Part shown: positions 43,775-57,910 of the stretch, piece by piece
How positions within the stretch are numbered: position 1 is the stretch's first letter
Layout: each line of letters starts with the position of its first letter
Assembly: GCA_964016885.1 (NCBI GenBank)
Contig: OZ024743.1
Span: forward strand, 264,926,001 to 264,990,000
Length of the DNA stretch: 64,000 bases
Origin: Eledone cirrhosa
Lineage: Eukaryota
Direction: 5' to 3'
The notes under the pieces: generated by a model
The model's input: only the letters and a program-made list of their open reading frames with translations
The model's database searches: none
Told to the model about the DNA's origin: nothing
Translations under genes and position numbers: made by a program

Positions 43775-46700
43775 ATGGCCGTACTCAGAATAGGTAGTAG
43801 CAATGCACGTGGCCTGGGTTCATCTTGGAAGCAGGGTCACATGCTCAACGACCTCAGGTCACTAAACATAGATGTGGTGGCCATCAGTGAAACCAGAATC
43901 TCCGAAGCACAAGCCTTCGCACCGATCTTCGGCGGCTACGATTTATACGCATCTCCAAGTTGTCCAGGATCTGGGGGAGGGGTTGCCGTCCTTTTTCGGA
44001 GAGGCTTGGACCTCGCGATACGGGCCATCTCCCTAGACCCAGAAGGTAAGTCGGTGGTGCTGGACGTGACCGGCAGCGAAGGCAATGCTTTCAGGCTAGT
44101 AGCCGACTACGCCCCAACAAGGGCAGGGCGGCCAGATTTCTTCATACGTCTAGAGACCTTTCTTGGAACGTCCCGCTCTTTAGTGTTAGTGGGCGACTGG
44201 AACGGTATCTTGGATGCACGCTGGGATTTTGTGGGGCTTGTGGATAGGGGAGGAGGGTGCAAGAGCCTCACCAACCTGATCAGACGTTTTGAACTGTCTG
44301 ACAGGTATCGACTGGATCACCCGAATGTGCCAATGTGGACATGGACAAACGGCACCGGGTCATCCAGATCGTATCTCGATAGGGTATTCTGCAGAGAACT
44401 AGATAAGGCTAGTATAAGTTGTCCACAATTTAAATTAGTCGACTACACAGACCACAAATTTGTGATCTATGAGATCGACATAGACAGACTTCATAGACAA
44501 GGGCCTGATTACTGGAAGCTGAACGCGTCTTTCCCGGCGCGCAAAGCATACAGAGACCGGATTAGCGTATTAGTTAAGCGGGCGTTGACGGGAGCGGTCG
44601 TCAACAACAGGTGGAGTTTCGCCATGAAAAGTGCAATTAAAGTAGACAATTAGGTTTAGCAAAGTAGTAGCGAGAGAGGAAAATAGAGCAGAGGGAGAGC
44701 TAGTCAGAAATCTAGAAGAGGCGTTTAGGACAGGCATCGCAACCGACGTGCTTGCGGCGAGATTGGCACTCGACCAATTCTTCAACGCGAAACACGAAGG
44801 TTGCGTTGTCAGAGCTAGAGCGTGTGCTCTAAAACACGAGGGGACAAAAGCCGTCCAATGGGCCCGGGTGGCAGAGGCGCGACGTGGCAACAAAGCCACA
44901 ATTCGGTCTTTGTCTGACGAAACGGGTGCGTGATGCTCGAACCCGAGCGGATGTGTAAAGCTTTTCAGCAGCACTTTGCTGAACTGTCGGGAGCGGCGGT
45001 GGCCCGGATCGGGGCATGGACTTCAGTGCATACCTCGACGGACTGCCTCGGCTCTCGACGACCGTAGCACAGTGTTGCGAAAAGCTAATAACAGCCGGTG
45101 AAATACAGGAAGCATTGGCTAACTGCATAAGGGGTAAATCGCCAGGTTTGGAAGGTCTACCCTACGAGCTTTATGCATTTATGCCAGACTTGTTCGGTGA
45201 CCTCTTGGCAGACGTCTACTGCAACTGGTAGCAGAACAGGAGCATTCCCAGTTTTGTGAGCCGGGAGCAATGGCGCTGCTGAGAAAAGACCCGAACAAGG
45301 GGGATGTTATCGATAATTTCAGGCCCATAACTCTGCTAAACGCAGAGTTCAAGATTTTGGCCAAGGTGTTAGCAACGAGGTTGGCGCTTGTCGTCAATGG
45401 TCTGGTGGGAGAGGCGCAGACATGCGCCATTCCGGACAGATCAATACACAACAACCTCCATCTCATGCGATACATCATAAAGAGGGTGGTTAAGGAATCT
45501 GGCACGGGTGGGGCCCTGATCAAATTGGATCAATCCAAAGCATTCGATAGGGTCGACCATCGATACCTGGCGGCGGTCCTCGAGGCAGCCGGTTTCTGGC
45601 CCGTTTTCAGGGGTTGAATCGCAGCAATGTACAGCGACATCTGCTCAGTTGTGTGGGTGAACGGTCACCTGTCGCAGCCGTTCAGCATCATGCGCTCAGT
45701 CCGCCAGGGTTGTTCCCTCTCGTCCCTCTTGTACGTATTGGCTCTCGAGCCGTTACTGCACAAACTGGGGGCGATTAGGGGCGTCCCACGCGAACTCGGA
45801 TGCGGGAAATCCGAGTCGGCTTACGCTGACGACGTCACTGTTGTGGTGTCGAGCACCAGACACGTCCAGATTTCGTCACCGCTCTCAAGGCATACGAAGC
45901 GGTGACAGGAGCAAATATAAACCAGGAGAAGTCGGTGGGCTTGCAGCTCGGCACCTGGAGAGGCAAGTCCATGCCGTCTAACAGAGTCGTGAGGCTTCGG
46001 ACGGACGGACCAGTTAAATTGCTCGGGGTCTGGTTCGGACCGGACCTCGAAATGGAGAAAAACTGGAACGAGGTTACGATCAGGTTGGCCTCGATCATCC
46101 AGAAATGGGCAGAGAGAAAGCGGTCCCTGAAAGGTCGGGCGGAGGTGGCGAATGCGTACATCGCATCCGTCATCTGCTACCGCCTCACCGTGGTCCCTTC
46201 CTCCAGCCCAATTCTCACCAAAATGGAGCGCCTCCTCTTCCGCTTTTTGTGGAAGGGACACGCTCCCATGGTCAGACGATCCATCTGCTGTCAACACCCG
46301 TTGCGTGGAGGACTGGGCATGCCATGGCTGATGATGCGCTGAGGCTGCGACATCTCTGGTGCTTCCTTGATGGTGAACGTTCGACAGGCACAATTTTCCC
46401 ACAGCTTGTCTCCTTGACGGAGCTGCAGACCTGGGTCAGAAAAAAGACCGAGGGATAGCGCTTGGAAACTGGAATGTCTCCAGGCGCTCACTGCCCTCTG
46501 CCAGCTGGGCACCAGTACCGGTGAAATATCCACCTCGGCGTTCTATAGAGGATTACTGGAGCGGAAGAGCGACGACATTCTCGGAGAGATCCTGGGCGTC
46601 GAAGAAGATCAGCTGTTTGCTCTCTTCCGGATTACTTTCAGCCCAGGGCCTATGGATTACTTCCAAAAATATCCCTGGCCTGGCAGTGCTACCGGGCAGC

Positions 46701-47166
46701 GCTGCCGGTTCGAGATAAGCTCTACATGCACTGAAGTGCCGTCAGTCGAGCCTGTCCGAAATGCGCGCAGAGCGACGAAACCGTCGTGCACGCACTCGTT
46801 CAGTGCTCGAGCATTGCTGAATTGTGGAGCTATGTCGAACAGTTGCTGTCACGTGTAGGACAGATCCGGTTGTCGACTGAGTCGACAACCGGATCTGTCC
46901 TGCAGATGGTTTCGCCGTCTTCCTTCGAGGAGGAAGGGCAGGCGGTTTACATCTGCCTGGTGGCCATGGCGAAAGAGATTGTGTGGTGGACAATGTTAAA
47001 AGGGTTAAAGACAGACACTTTCCTCTTCGGCGAATCCCTAATTAACATTTTCTAATTTCACTTGAAGAGGAAAATTAGGCTGCCTTCTAGTAAGTTTGTT
47101 GAAAGGTGGGTGAATGTAGCGAGAATGGTCCGAGTGAACGGGACCACTCTGAATATACGTCTGTAG
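43775..47166 (+). pseudogene. Tx1-like ORF2 (AP endonuclease plus reverse transcriptase)
   Basis: NARGL, SET, GDWN, SYLD, TDH, YWKLN, KSPG.EGLP.E, NFRPITLLN, LDQSKAFDRV, SVRQGC, AYADD, GGLGMP; multiple stops and frameshifts. Confidence 0.93.
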
Positions 47167-47475
47167 TTTGAGAAATGGAAACATTGAGAGAGGGTGCTTG
47201 CACTGGTGGTCAGGGTGGCCGTGGTCTTTTGTGTGCTTTTCGCCACGAGTAACCCTCGGAGGTTTCCCCCCTATTGGGGAATTTTTCAATGTTTCAATTT
47301 TCATTTTTATTGTTTATATATATATATGTTTCTATGTCCTTTTTTCTCTTTTCTTATATGAATAAAAATATATTTACACGCACAAAACCCACATCGTACC
47401 GTCCTGTACCGTCCTGTGCCGTCTGTAATGTTTTTCTTGATGTCAGCCCTTGTGGCCAATAAAGAAATCATTATT

Positions 47476-47507
<32 letters not shown>

Positions 47508-47523
47508 TATTATTATGATTAAT

Positions 47524-48167
47524 TTGCCAGTTCGGGATAAATTCTACAGGCATGGAGGTGCTGTCAACCGGGCATGTCCGAGATGCGCCCTGGGCGTAGA
47601 ACCGTCCTGCATGCACTCGTCCAGTTTCCGAGCATTGCTGACTTGTTGGTTTATATCGAACACCTGCTGTCGCGTGTAGAACGGATCCAACTATCAGCTG
47701 AGTCCATCGTGAGGATTGTCCCGGCCTCTTCCTTTAGCCGGGAAGGGCAGGGAGTTTTTATCTGTCTGGTGGCCATGGCGAAAGATATAGTATGGTGGAC
47801 GCGTCTGAAAGGGCTGAAGACGAGCACTTACCTCTTCGGTGATGCCCTGATTAACTTTTTCCAATTTTATTTCAAAAAGGAAAATCAGGGTAGAGAAGTA
47901 GGTGCTCTCTTCCCAGTTTTTTGTTGAAAGATGGGTGAGAGAGGCAAGAATGGCCCGAGTGAGTGGACCTACTCTGAGTATATGGATGTAAATTGAAAGT
48001 GGAAATCTAGGAGGGTCATCGTGGAATTTTTCATTGCTCTTTAATTACATCCTGTTTTTTTTGTTTTTTTTTTACCCGCAGAAATGCCCATTTGTACCGT
48101 CCCGTATTATCCTGTACTGTCCTTAATGTCTACTTTGTGTAAACCCTTGTGGTTAATAAATAAAGCA
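47524..48167 (+). mobile_element. 5'-truncated Tx1-like LINE #2 (3' end only)
   Basis: Aligns closely with about 51387-52105; ends in (ATT)n. Confidence 0.9.
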
Positions 48168-48179
48168 TTATTATTATTA

Positions 48180-48355
48180 TGGCAGTATCGGTAAGGGTCG
48201 GACGCCATGCTTTGAAGCATAGAGTTACCTCCCTTTATGATCTGAGTTCAAATCCCGCCGAGGTTAACTTTGCCTTTCATCCTTACGGGGTCGATAAAAT
48301 AAAGTACCAGTAATGCACTGGAATAATTGCTGGCCTTGTGCCAAAAGTAGAAACA
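48180..48355 (+). mobile_element. Nin/Deu-domain SINE (slightly 5'-truncated) with (ATT)n tail to 48403
   Basis: Near-identical to 41277-41460. Confidence 0.92.
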
Positions 48356-48403
<48 letters not shown>

Positions 48404-51400
48404 GGCGACCTACGTAGGAAATCGTATCATCGTGAGCTCCGCAAAGGTTTGTTGTTTTCAGTTGTTTCAAATTGCCATTTGTGGAAAACTTTTGTTGTTA
48501 AGTGTTTATAAGGTCACATAATTTGCTTTCGGAAAAGGACACTCAAAAAGATTGGGGCCTTGAACCCAAAATTTAAACTTTTATAATTATCAAACAAAAA
48601 ATTAGTTTGAAAAAAACATGGACGACTCACAGCTACACCCGGCTGACAGCCTTCCTCACAAACTAACACCTCACACCAACACCACCATTGTAAATATTAC
48701 TACGTTTGCCAACACTAAAAATATAAGCAGTAGCAATAATTTAAATTTGTCTCATGGAGACATTCATTTCCCGCAATTACCAATGACTGCAGGTGTTGAA
48801 GCCGCCACCCCCACCACCACAGCGACAACAGAAACAAAAAAATGAATAAATTATCTCGTGACATCGAAATGGATTCACCCAGAATCGACTCTTCTACACC
48901 GAACACCACTGACGCCACCACCACCACAACTGAAACTAAAAATAACAATAACAACAAAAGCAACAAAAACAATGAAAATAACAACACCGATTCGTTTGCG
49001 AATGCAGCCAAAAAATGCGAAACAATCCAGGTAACTCAGGTAACTAATTAGATGAAACAATCCAGATAACCCAGGTAACTAATTAGATGATACCAAGAGA
49101 ATTGTAAAGAAAGATGGGTACAGGGTCAGCCACATCCCCCCACCTAATAAAATGGAACATCGGCGCCTATGTACCATGTCTCATCGGACGATAAACATAA
49201 AATCACGCCGAGTGAAACGGGCATTCGAGTCCCAAATTCAAAAAGCTTTGGGACATGTGTGGGCAAAAAACCCACATCAGAGGTGGGCAGAAATATGGAA
49301 CCATGGACGTGTTCTTTGAAACACCACAGGTGGCCAGAGAGCACTCCATGGCCCCATTATGAAGCGAGAACTTCACACTCGTCCCAAGCTGTTGTGGCCA
49401 GAGACTCGTAAAGATCAGGGTGACCCACGTTCCACCGGCCATCGAAATTCCCTGGCTAATGGCTGCCGTCCTCGCCAGCATCGAGGCCAACACCAAAATA
49501 ATAGAAATAGCAAAGGAATAGCAGGAGAACTGATCCGGATCTGGGATGGAGCTCCTGATCCAAGCGGAACATAAAAGCATGGAGAGGATCCCAGAGGTAA
49601 TAGACCTCACTGACGGCAGCCACCTCACCGTAATCGTCGAGGGTAGAAGGCCTAGGTGTGTCGTTTGTGTTGAAGGAACCCACCTAAGGGCTTTCTGCCC
49701 TTAAGCCAAACAGTTGAGGCCACCTCTCTTACCCACCCCAGTGACTCAATCATCAACACCACCACCGGCAGCAGAAATGGTAGCAACAACTGTAGCAGCA
49801 ACAACAGAAGCAACTGTAGCAGCAACAGCCCCAACAAGAGTAGCAAAACCAACACCACCACCAACCAACTAGCACCAGCGCCTACACCATCCACCACGCC
49901 ACAACCAAAACCTCCTGTGGAGGAATTTCCACTCCCCGATCTATCGCAACTGGAGACAGATTGTGATGACGAGTGGGAAACGGTATCAGGAAAAAAGAAC
50001 AAAAAAAGAAAAAATTCTCTTCCTTCCCCCCTCCAAAAACAAAATACAGAGGGAAACAAATAAACTATCAAACAAAAAAGTTAGGACAGCTATGCCACCA
50101 TCCACACCAGCATCACCAACCCCGTCACCACAAACACCAACACTATCACCATCATTAACCCCAACACCACAAAAGTTAACAAAAAGCGCAACAGAAACAA
50201 ACCCACAAATGCAAACAAAACAAAACAACCAAAATGATACACATAACACAGCATTAAATGTGAACAGGCTTTGGCCCGTCTTCAGAGAATGGATCGCTGC
50301 CATGCACAGCGACACCTGCTCTCTCGTGAGAGTGAACGGTCACCTTTCAGAACCATTCAACATCATACGCTCGGTCCACCATGGATGTCCCTCTCGTCCC
50401 TCTTGTAGGCATTGACTCTCGAGCCATTACTGCACAAACTGGAGACGTTGAGGGGAGTCCCGCGCGAATTAGGATGCGGAAGATCAGTGTCAGCATGTGC
50501 GGTGGATGTCAGCGTAGTGGTGTCGAACGCCAAACACACGATAGGCACTACACTAAGAGAATACGAAACGGTGATAGGACCAATGATCAAAAAGGAAAAG
50601 TAGTGGGCCTGCAGCTCGGCGCCTGGAGAGGCAGTCCATGCTGTCCAACAGCGTCGTCGCGCGCTGGAGGGTCCGACCGGTTAAATTGCTAGGGGTCTGG
50701 TTCGGTCCGGACATCCAGACGGACAAAATCTGGGACGAGGTGACGAGCAGGGTGGCTTCTCTCACCCAGAAATGGGCAGAGAGGAAGCTATCTCTGAAAA
50801 TTCGAACGGAGGTGGCTAACACGTACATCGCGTCCGTCATCTACTACCGCCTGACCGTCGTAACTTGTCCTAAGCTTCGCCTGACTCCGCTGGAGTATTT
50901 GCTCTTTCGCCTTTTGTGGAAGGGACGCGCTCTGATGGTCAGGAGGTCCATCTGCTGTCAACACCCGCTACGTGGAGGGCTGGGAATGCCGTGGCTGATG
51001 ATGCGCAGACACGCGCTCAGGCTACGACATCTCCACCTCTTCCTCGACGGTGATCAGGTGTGGTCGCCTTTTGCTCGACGCGTCTTTCCCCAGCTCATCT
51101 CCTTGACGGAGCTGCAGACCTGGGTCAAGCGAAGACCGAGAGGGAGCGCTTGGAGACTGGAATGTCTTCAGGCGCTCACAGCCCTCGACCAATCGGCCAA
51201 TGTGATGGGTGGAAACTCCACCTTGGCGTTCTATAGTGGATTAGTGGAGGGGAAGAGCGACAACGTACTTGGGGAAACTCTAGGCGTCGACGAAAATCAA
51301 CTAGCCAATCTCTTCGGAAGAACTTTCGAGCCGGGGCCTATGGACAACATCCAGAAATCCCTGGCCTGGCAGTGCTACCGAGGAGCTTTGCCAGTTCTGG

Positions 51401-52107
51401 ATAAACTCTACAGGTATGGAGGTGCCGTCACGGGCATGTCCGAGATGCGCGCAGGGCGACTAAATCGTCCTGCACGCACTTGTCCAGTGTCCGAGCATTG
51501 CTGGATTGTGGGTTTATGTCGAACACCTGCTGTCGCATGTAGGACGGATCCAGCTATCAGCTGAGTCAATCGTGAGGATTGCCCCGGCCTCTTCCTTTAG
51601 CCAGGAAGGGTAGGCAATTTTTATCTGTCTGGTGGCCTTGGCGAAAGAGATAGTATGGTGGACACGTTTGAAAGGGCTGAAGACGAGCACTTACCTTTTC
51701 GGTGATGCCCTGGTTAACCTTTTCAAATTTCATTTGAAAAGGATAATCAGGGTAGAGAGGGGAGTGCTCTCTTCCCAGCATTTTTTTTGAAATATGGGTG
51801 AGAGAAGCAAGAATGGCCCGAGTGAATGAACCTACTCTGAGTATGTGTCTGTAAATTAAAGGTAGAAAACTGGGAGAGGGCACTTGCCCTGGTGGTCAGG
51901 GTCTTTGTGACCTTTTAATGGGCTTCTCCACAAATGTCCCTCGGAAGTCTCCCCCCTATTGGGGAATTTTTCATTGTTATTTTTTGTTACATCCTCTGTT
52001 TTTGTTTTTTACACGCAGAAATGCCCATTTGTACCGTCCTGTATTGACCTGTACTGTCCTTAATGTCTACTTTATGTAAACCCTTGTGGTTAATAAAGGA
52101 AGCATTA
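48404..52107 (+). mobile_element. Tx1-like LINE #3 with a large internal deletion (ORF1 tail joined to mid-RT near 50266)
   Basis: ORF1 remnants (IPWLMAAVLA, VEGRRPRC) then abruptly GFGPVFREWIAAMHSD; the APE domain and N-terminal RT are absent. Confidence 0.9.
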
Positions 52108-52151
52108 TGTTTCCACTTCGTTTTCTTAGTGTTTTTATTATTATTATTATT

Positions 52152-55100
52152 GAGTCTGAATAACTCTTTTTGTTCGCTCCCGTAAGGTCACTTATTTACC
52201 TGTCAAAACTGATTTATTGAATTTGTTGTTGTTGTGTAAGGCATACAAGCCCTTGGACTTTGCCCTGTGAAGGGGAAAGAATAATATTTGGGCCATTTTG
52301 CCCAAATATTTGAACATTTTTACATTTTAGAAAATTATCGTGAAAAAAAATATGAAAAAAAGCGATATGTCTGCTGTCGTGCGATAACGATGTAGAAGTT
52401 CAGAGGAGCGCTACGGAGAAATTAACAGAAATTGATACAACAGACACCACCACAAACAATGTAAACAAAGACACCAATGATAACACCACTGAGAACTCTA
52501 ATTTTGAAAAAAATGACAGTAACTGCGACAACGAAAATACAGAGAACAGAAAAAATGACATATGCAACTAAAATATCAACACCACTAACATGAAAACAAA
52601 TAGCGACAACACCAACAGCAACAATACCAACTACACCGAGAACAACGGTTGCACCAAAGAAAACAATGATAACAGCGACAGTGATAACAACAACACCAAC
52701 AAGAATACGACAACAGCAACAACACCCCAAACGACAACAAGAAGAACACTTTCGCTGCGGCAGCAGCAAAAAAGAGGCCAGGTTTCAGCATGGACCTCTC
52801 AAACAAAGATGAAAAGTTGGCCCAGGCATGGAAGCTCATCAAGCAAGAGCAAACCTGGGCCAACTTAACTGTCACGGTAGAAGATATTGAGGCAGTGGAG
52901 CGCAGAACGGTGCATTATAGATGCATCTCAGCACAAACCAAAAGGGCAGCTTTAATCCCACAAGCAGATGTCGAAGTCGCGTTGAGGTGCATCAGAGAAG
53001 ACACCGAATACATAGCGAGGGGAAGACAGTACGGCACCATGTCGGTGCTGTTCAAGTCAGAAGCCCTCGCTATGAAACACACTATGACTCCTGGTAAAAC
53101 CAGCAAGGTCATAATGTACCCCTCCCTCATGGGAAAAAGAACGGCCCGTCTCCGCATTCCCAGAATCCCACCAGGACTTGACATGTGTTGGCTTCTGGGA
53201 TGAGTGATTGTGGAGGGGACGGATACTGTCCCGATAGAAGTGACCAGGACGGCCAGAGAGGACTGGTCCGGGATTGACCTGGAGATCCTTCTCCACATAA
53301 GGCCCGAGAATGTGAAGACAATCCTGGACAACATCCGCCTTCAGAATAGGACGGTCATTCATATTATGACCGAGGGCAAAAAAAGGCAGCATTGTTTTGT
53401 TTGTGGGGAAAAACCCCATTTTCGAGCCTTCTGCCCCCAACTGCTGAAAGATACAAGGGGTCGAAACGCTCCACTGCTGCCGACGCCGGGGCGAAGACCA
53501 CAGACAACACCAGCACCGACAAAACCACCAACAACAACACCAATAGAAAGACCACCACCGACATTGACCACCCAGGGGGAAAACGAGGAAAGTTGTCAAA
53601 TTCCACCTCCACCAAAAAATACACACAACTATAAAAACATAAACACACACACGGACACACTTACAGACACATACACCTCATCTACCAATATTGAAGATGA
53701 GAGAAAACCAAAATCCCCCAAAATACAAAAAAAGGAAACACAAAACGGAAAAAAAAATGCAGACACCACCCATGCAAACATCTCTCCAATAACACCAACA
53801 TCAACACCACTATCACCATCACCATAATCCCCCAAACGCAAACAACCTCAACAGACGCAAGAACAAATACACACACAAACATCTGAAACCACAGACACCG
53901 CACTCACAACAAACACAGACACAGCCGAAACAACACCACCAAAACCATCACCACCACAGACACGCAAACAAATACAATCACACCAACAAAACATACAAAA
54001 TGTCGTGCTAGTCAGGAGTTCCAACAAGGAACTGATGGCCCTCGTAGTACGAAGTGAAAATATACAAAAAGAGGGGGATATTTTTAAATCGAGCACATTT
54101 TGCGTGCCGGAAGATTTGGTTCTGGTGCGAATGTCGATCGATTTATACAAAGAAATACGAGACAGCTTTCCTCGGGACGGGGGCACCCCGAACGTAAAGC
54201 CCACTTAGAGACTTTTAAAAGGGTTCCCAAAAGAAACCCCACAAACTATGGAGGTCGAACAATGCGACCTTCACAAGACCCCGGAAGGTAAATAAACCTT
54301 TCCTCTCTATCTTTTTAACCTGCCAACATGGCCGTATTAAGAGTAGGATGTTTAAATGTTCGAGGCCTGGGATTGTTCTGGAAGCAGGGTCACCTGCTCA
54401 ACGACCTCAGTTCTCTAGAAATGGATGTAATTGCCGTCAGCGAGACCAGGATTTCCGATACGCGCGCACTAGCTCCCATTTTCGACGACTATCAGATCTT
54501 TGCATGTTAGCCGGCCAGGAATAGGAGGCGGGGTGGCAGTGCTGTTTAGGAAAGGCCTGGATCTCGAGGTAAGGTCGATCTTCCGGGACCCGGACGGGAA
54601 GTTTGTGGTCCTGGACGTGAACAATAACGAAGGTGGTGCCTTTAGACTGGTGGCCGTCTATGCTCCTACTGGGGCAGGACGGCCGGACTTCTTTAGACGC
54701 CTGGAAGCCTTTCTGGGTACGTCTCGCCCTTTACTGTTAGCGGGGGACTGGAACAGCATCTTAGACACACGCTGGGAGTGTGGGAGTATCCGATAGGAGC
54801 GGAGGGTGGGTGGGTGCAAAAGCCTTAATAACCTGATCAGCCAGTTCCAACTGTCTGACAGGTACTGACTAGATTTCCCTAATTCGCCAGTGTGGACCTG
54901 GGTTAACTGCATAGGGTCATCTAGATCGTATATAGACAGGATATTCATTAGGAAAATAGACAGAAATAGTGTAAGCTGTCCACGTTTTGAAACGGTCGCC
55001 TATTCAGATCACAAGTTTGTGATCTGTATGGTTGACCTAGATAAGACGCGTAGGTTAGGACCTGGTTACTGGAAGCTAAACATGTCATTTCCGCCACGTA

Positions 55101-57905
55101 AGGCTTACAGGGACCAGGTCAACAATTTAGTCAAAAAAAGAAAGAGTTGACAGGGGAGTCGTCAACAATAGATGGTGGGGGCTCTCAAAAGAGAGATTAG
55201 AGTAATGTCGATAGAGTTTAGCAAAGAAGTAGCGTTAGAGAAAAATAGAAAGGAGGGGGAGTTGGTAGATAAGTTAGACGAGGCTATTGGTAGTGGCATT
55301 GCAACTGACGTGCTCGCGGCGAGAATGGCATTAGAACATTTCTTCAATGCGAAACACGAAGGTTGCATTGTCAGAGCTAAGGCGCGTGCTCTGAGAAACG
55401 AGGGAACCAAAGCTATTCGATGGGCCCGCGTGGCAGAGGTGCAGCTTGGTAATAAAACCACGATTCGGTCTTTGACGGACCGAGACAGGCACGAGCTGAG
55501 CGATTCCAAGAGGATGTGGAAGACATTTCGCCAACATTTTGCTCGGTTTTCGGGGGAAGTGGCGGGTCAGATATGTTGGCGGACTTCAGTCCCTACCTCG
55601 ATGGCTTGCCGCAACTCTCGACGGCTGACGAGATTCAGGATGCCCTTGTCGGCTGCATGAGGCGCAAGTCACCCAGTTTGGATGGTCTTCCCTACGAGCT
55701 TTACGTAAATATGCCAGACTTGTTCTCCAATCTCCTCGAAGCCCTCTACTGCAACTGGCAGAAAAACGGGAGCATTCCCAGTTCTGTGAGCCGGAGCGTA
55801 GTGACGCTGATAAGGAAAGACGAGAACAAGAGCGACACATTAGATAATGTCAGGCCCATAACTCTGCTCAACACAGAGTTTAAGATTGTGGCCAGGGTGT
55901 TAACGAAGAGGTTGGCGCTTGTCGTCAGGGATTTGGTTGGGGAGGCGCAAACTTGCGCTATCCCAACCAGGTCTATACACCACAGCATCCTCCTAATGCG
56001 ATACATCATAGAGAGGGTAGGTGTAAACCTGGCTTCGGTGGGGCTCTGATCAATTTAGATCAATCGAAAGCATTCGATAGGGTCGACCATCGGAACCTGG
56101 AGGCTGTCCTCAAGGCGGCTGGCTTCGGCCCCGTCTTCAGAAGCTGGATTGCTGCAATGCACAGCGGCACCTGCTCGATGGTCAACATTAATGGCCACCT
56201 CTCGGAACCGTTTCAGGTCTTCCGATCGGTCCGTCAAGGGTGCCCTCTCTCCTCCCTTCTGTACGTATTGACTCTCGAGACTTTACGGCGGAAGCTGGAG
56301 CTATTTCAGGGCATCCCGCTCGAACCGGGACGCGGAAAGGCTGTGTCGACTTATGCGAACGGCATCACCGTGATGGTGTCGGACACCTCGGAAATCGAGG
56401 TGGTCGGCAACTTATTGGAGGAATATGAAAGGTTGACGGAAGAAAACTTAACCCGGAAAAGTCTGTGGGCTTGCAAATCGGCACCTGGAGAGGCACGTCC
56501 ATGCCTCCAACAGCATCGTTAGGCGCTGGACGGACGAACCGGTAAAGTTGCTCGGGGTTTAGTTCGGGCCAGACCTCCTGGTGGATAAGAATTGGGACGA
56601 GGTTACGGGCAGGGTATCCAGTCTCACCAAGAAATGGGCTGGGACGAAGCTATCACTGAAAGGTCGGGCGGAGGTTGCGAACGCGTACAGCGCGTCCGTT
56701 ATCTACTACCGTCTGACCATCGTCCCTTTCCCCCGTTCGCGCCTTGCCATCTTGGAGCGGCTCCTCTTCAAATTCTTGTGGAGGGGTCAGGTTCAGCTGG
56801 TGAGGCGGTCCATCTGCTGCCAGCACCCTCTACGTGGATTGCTGGGCATGCCGTGGCTAATGATGCGCAGGCACGCGCCGAGGCTGCAGCATCTCCAGAT
56901 ATTCTGCCTAAACGGTGAACACTGAGCTGCAGTCCTTGGTCAAGAAGAGACCAAGACTGGGTGACTGGCATCTGGAATGTTGCCTGGCACTCACTGCCCT
57001 CTACCAGGCGGGCAATGCGGTCATTGGAACTTCTACTCTCGAGTTCTATAGAGGATTAGTGGTGGGCAAGTGCGACGACGCACTCGAAGAGGCTCTGGGA
57101 GTCAACGAATTCGAACTAACCAGTCTGTACCGGAGGACTTTCGAGCCGGGGACGATGGATAATTTCCAAAAATCCCTCGCTCGGCAGTGCTACCAAGGGG
57201 CCTGCCGGTTCGAGATAAACTCTACAGGCACGGAAGTGCTGTCAGAGCAACGAAACCGTTCTGCGCGCACTCGTCCAGTGTCCGTGCATTACTGACTTGT
57301 GGAATTATGTTGAACAGCTGTTGTGGCGTGTAGATCGGATCCGGCTGTCGGCCGAGTCTATCGTGAAGATCGACCCGCCGCCTTCTTTTGGCCAGGAAGG
57401 GCAGGTAATTTTCCTCGGTCTAGTGGCAGTAGCGAAAAAGGTTGTATGGTGGACGAGGTTGAAAGGACTGAAGACGGACAATTTTCTATTCGGCCAATCC
57501 CTCATTTTTTAGTTTCACTTGGAAATGAAGGTTAGGGTGGAGAGAGAAGTGCTGCTCCCCCCCCCACCCCCAGTACATTTGCTGAAAGGTGGGTGAATGT
57601 GGCGAGAATGGCCAGTGTGAGTGGGCCTACTCTCGTCATGCGGCTGTAGGTAGGTAAATTTGAGGAGGAGAGGGTTGCTCTTCCAGGGTGCTCTCGAAGC
57701 GTCGGGTCGTTCAGGATTGGTAGGGTACCTGAGCGAACCCTGGGTGGTCATCCCCCCTATTGGGGAATTTTTCCTTGTTGAAATTTTATTGTTACTTTGT
57801 TATTGTGATTCATATTGTTTACTCGATTTTTCTGTAAAACCCCACTGTCCCAGTCTTTTGTATTGGCCCCTATATGTCGGCGCTTGTGGCCAATAAATGA
57901 AATCA
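52152..57905 (+). mobile_element. Full-length degenerate Tx1-like LINE #4 (divergent subfamily)
   Basis: ORF1 about 52367-54291 with CFVCGEKPHFRAFC; ORF2 54328-57649 with APE and RT motifs; same 3' terminal motif. Confidence 0.93.
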
Positions 57906-57910
57906 TTATT

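Larger units (their letters stand above)
41482..47470 (+). mobile_element. Full-length degenerate Tx1/L1-clade LINE #1
   Basis: ORF1 with CCHC knuckle, ORF2 APE plus RT, 3' end CTTGTGGCCAATAAAGAAATC followed by ATT/CAT repeats. Confidence 0.93.

Noticed and set aside
43733-43777. Possible intron between ORF1 and ORF2 (AG/GTAAGT, pyrimidine tract, AAG/ATG)
   Set aside because: Only 40 nt with a weak acceptor, and the equivalent spacer in element #4 (54288-54327) has no AG before the ATG.
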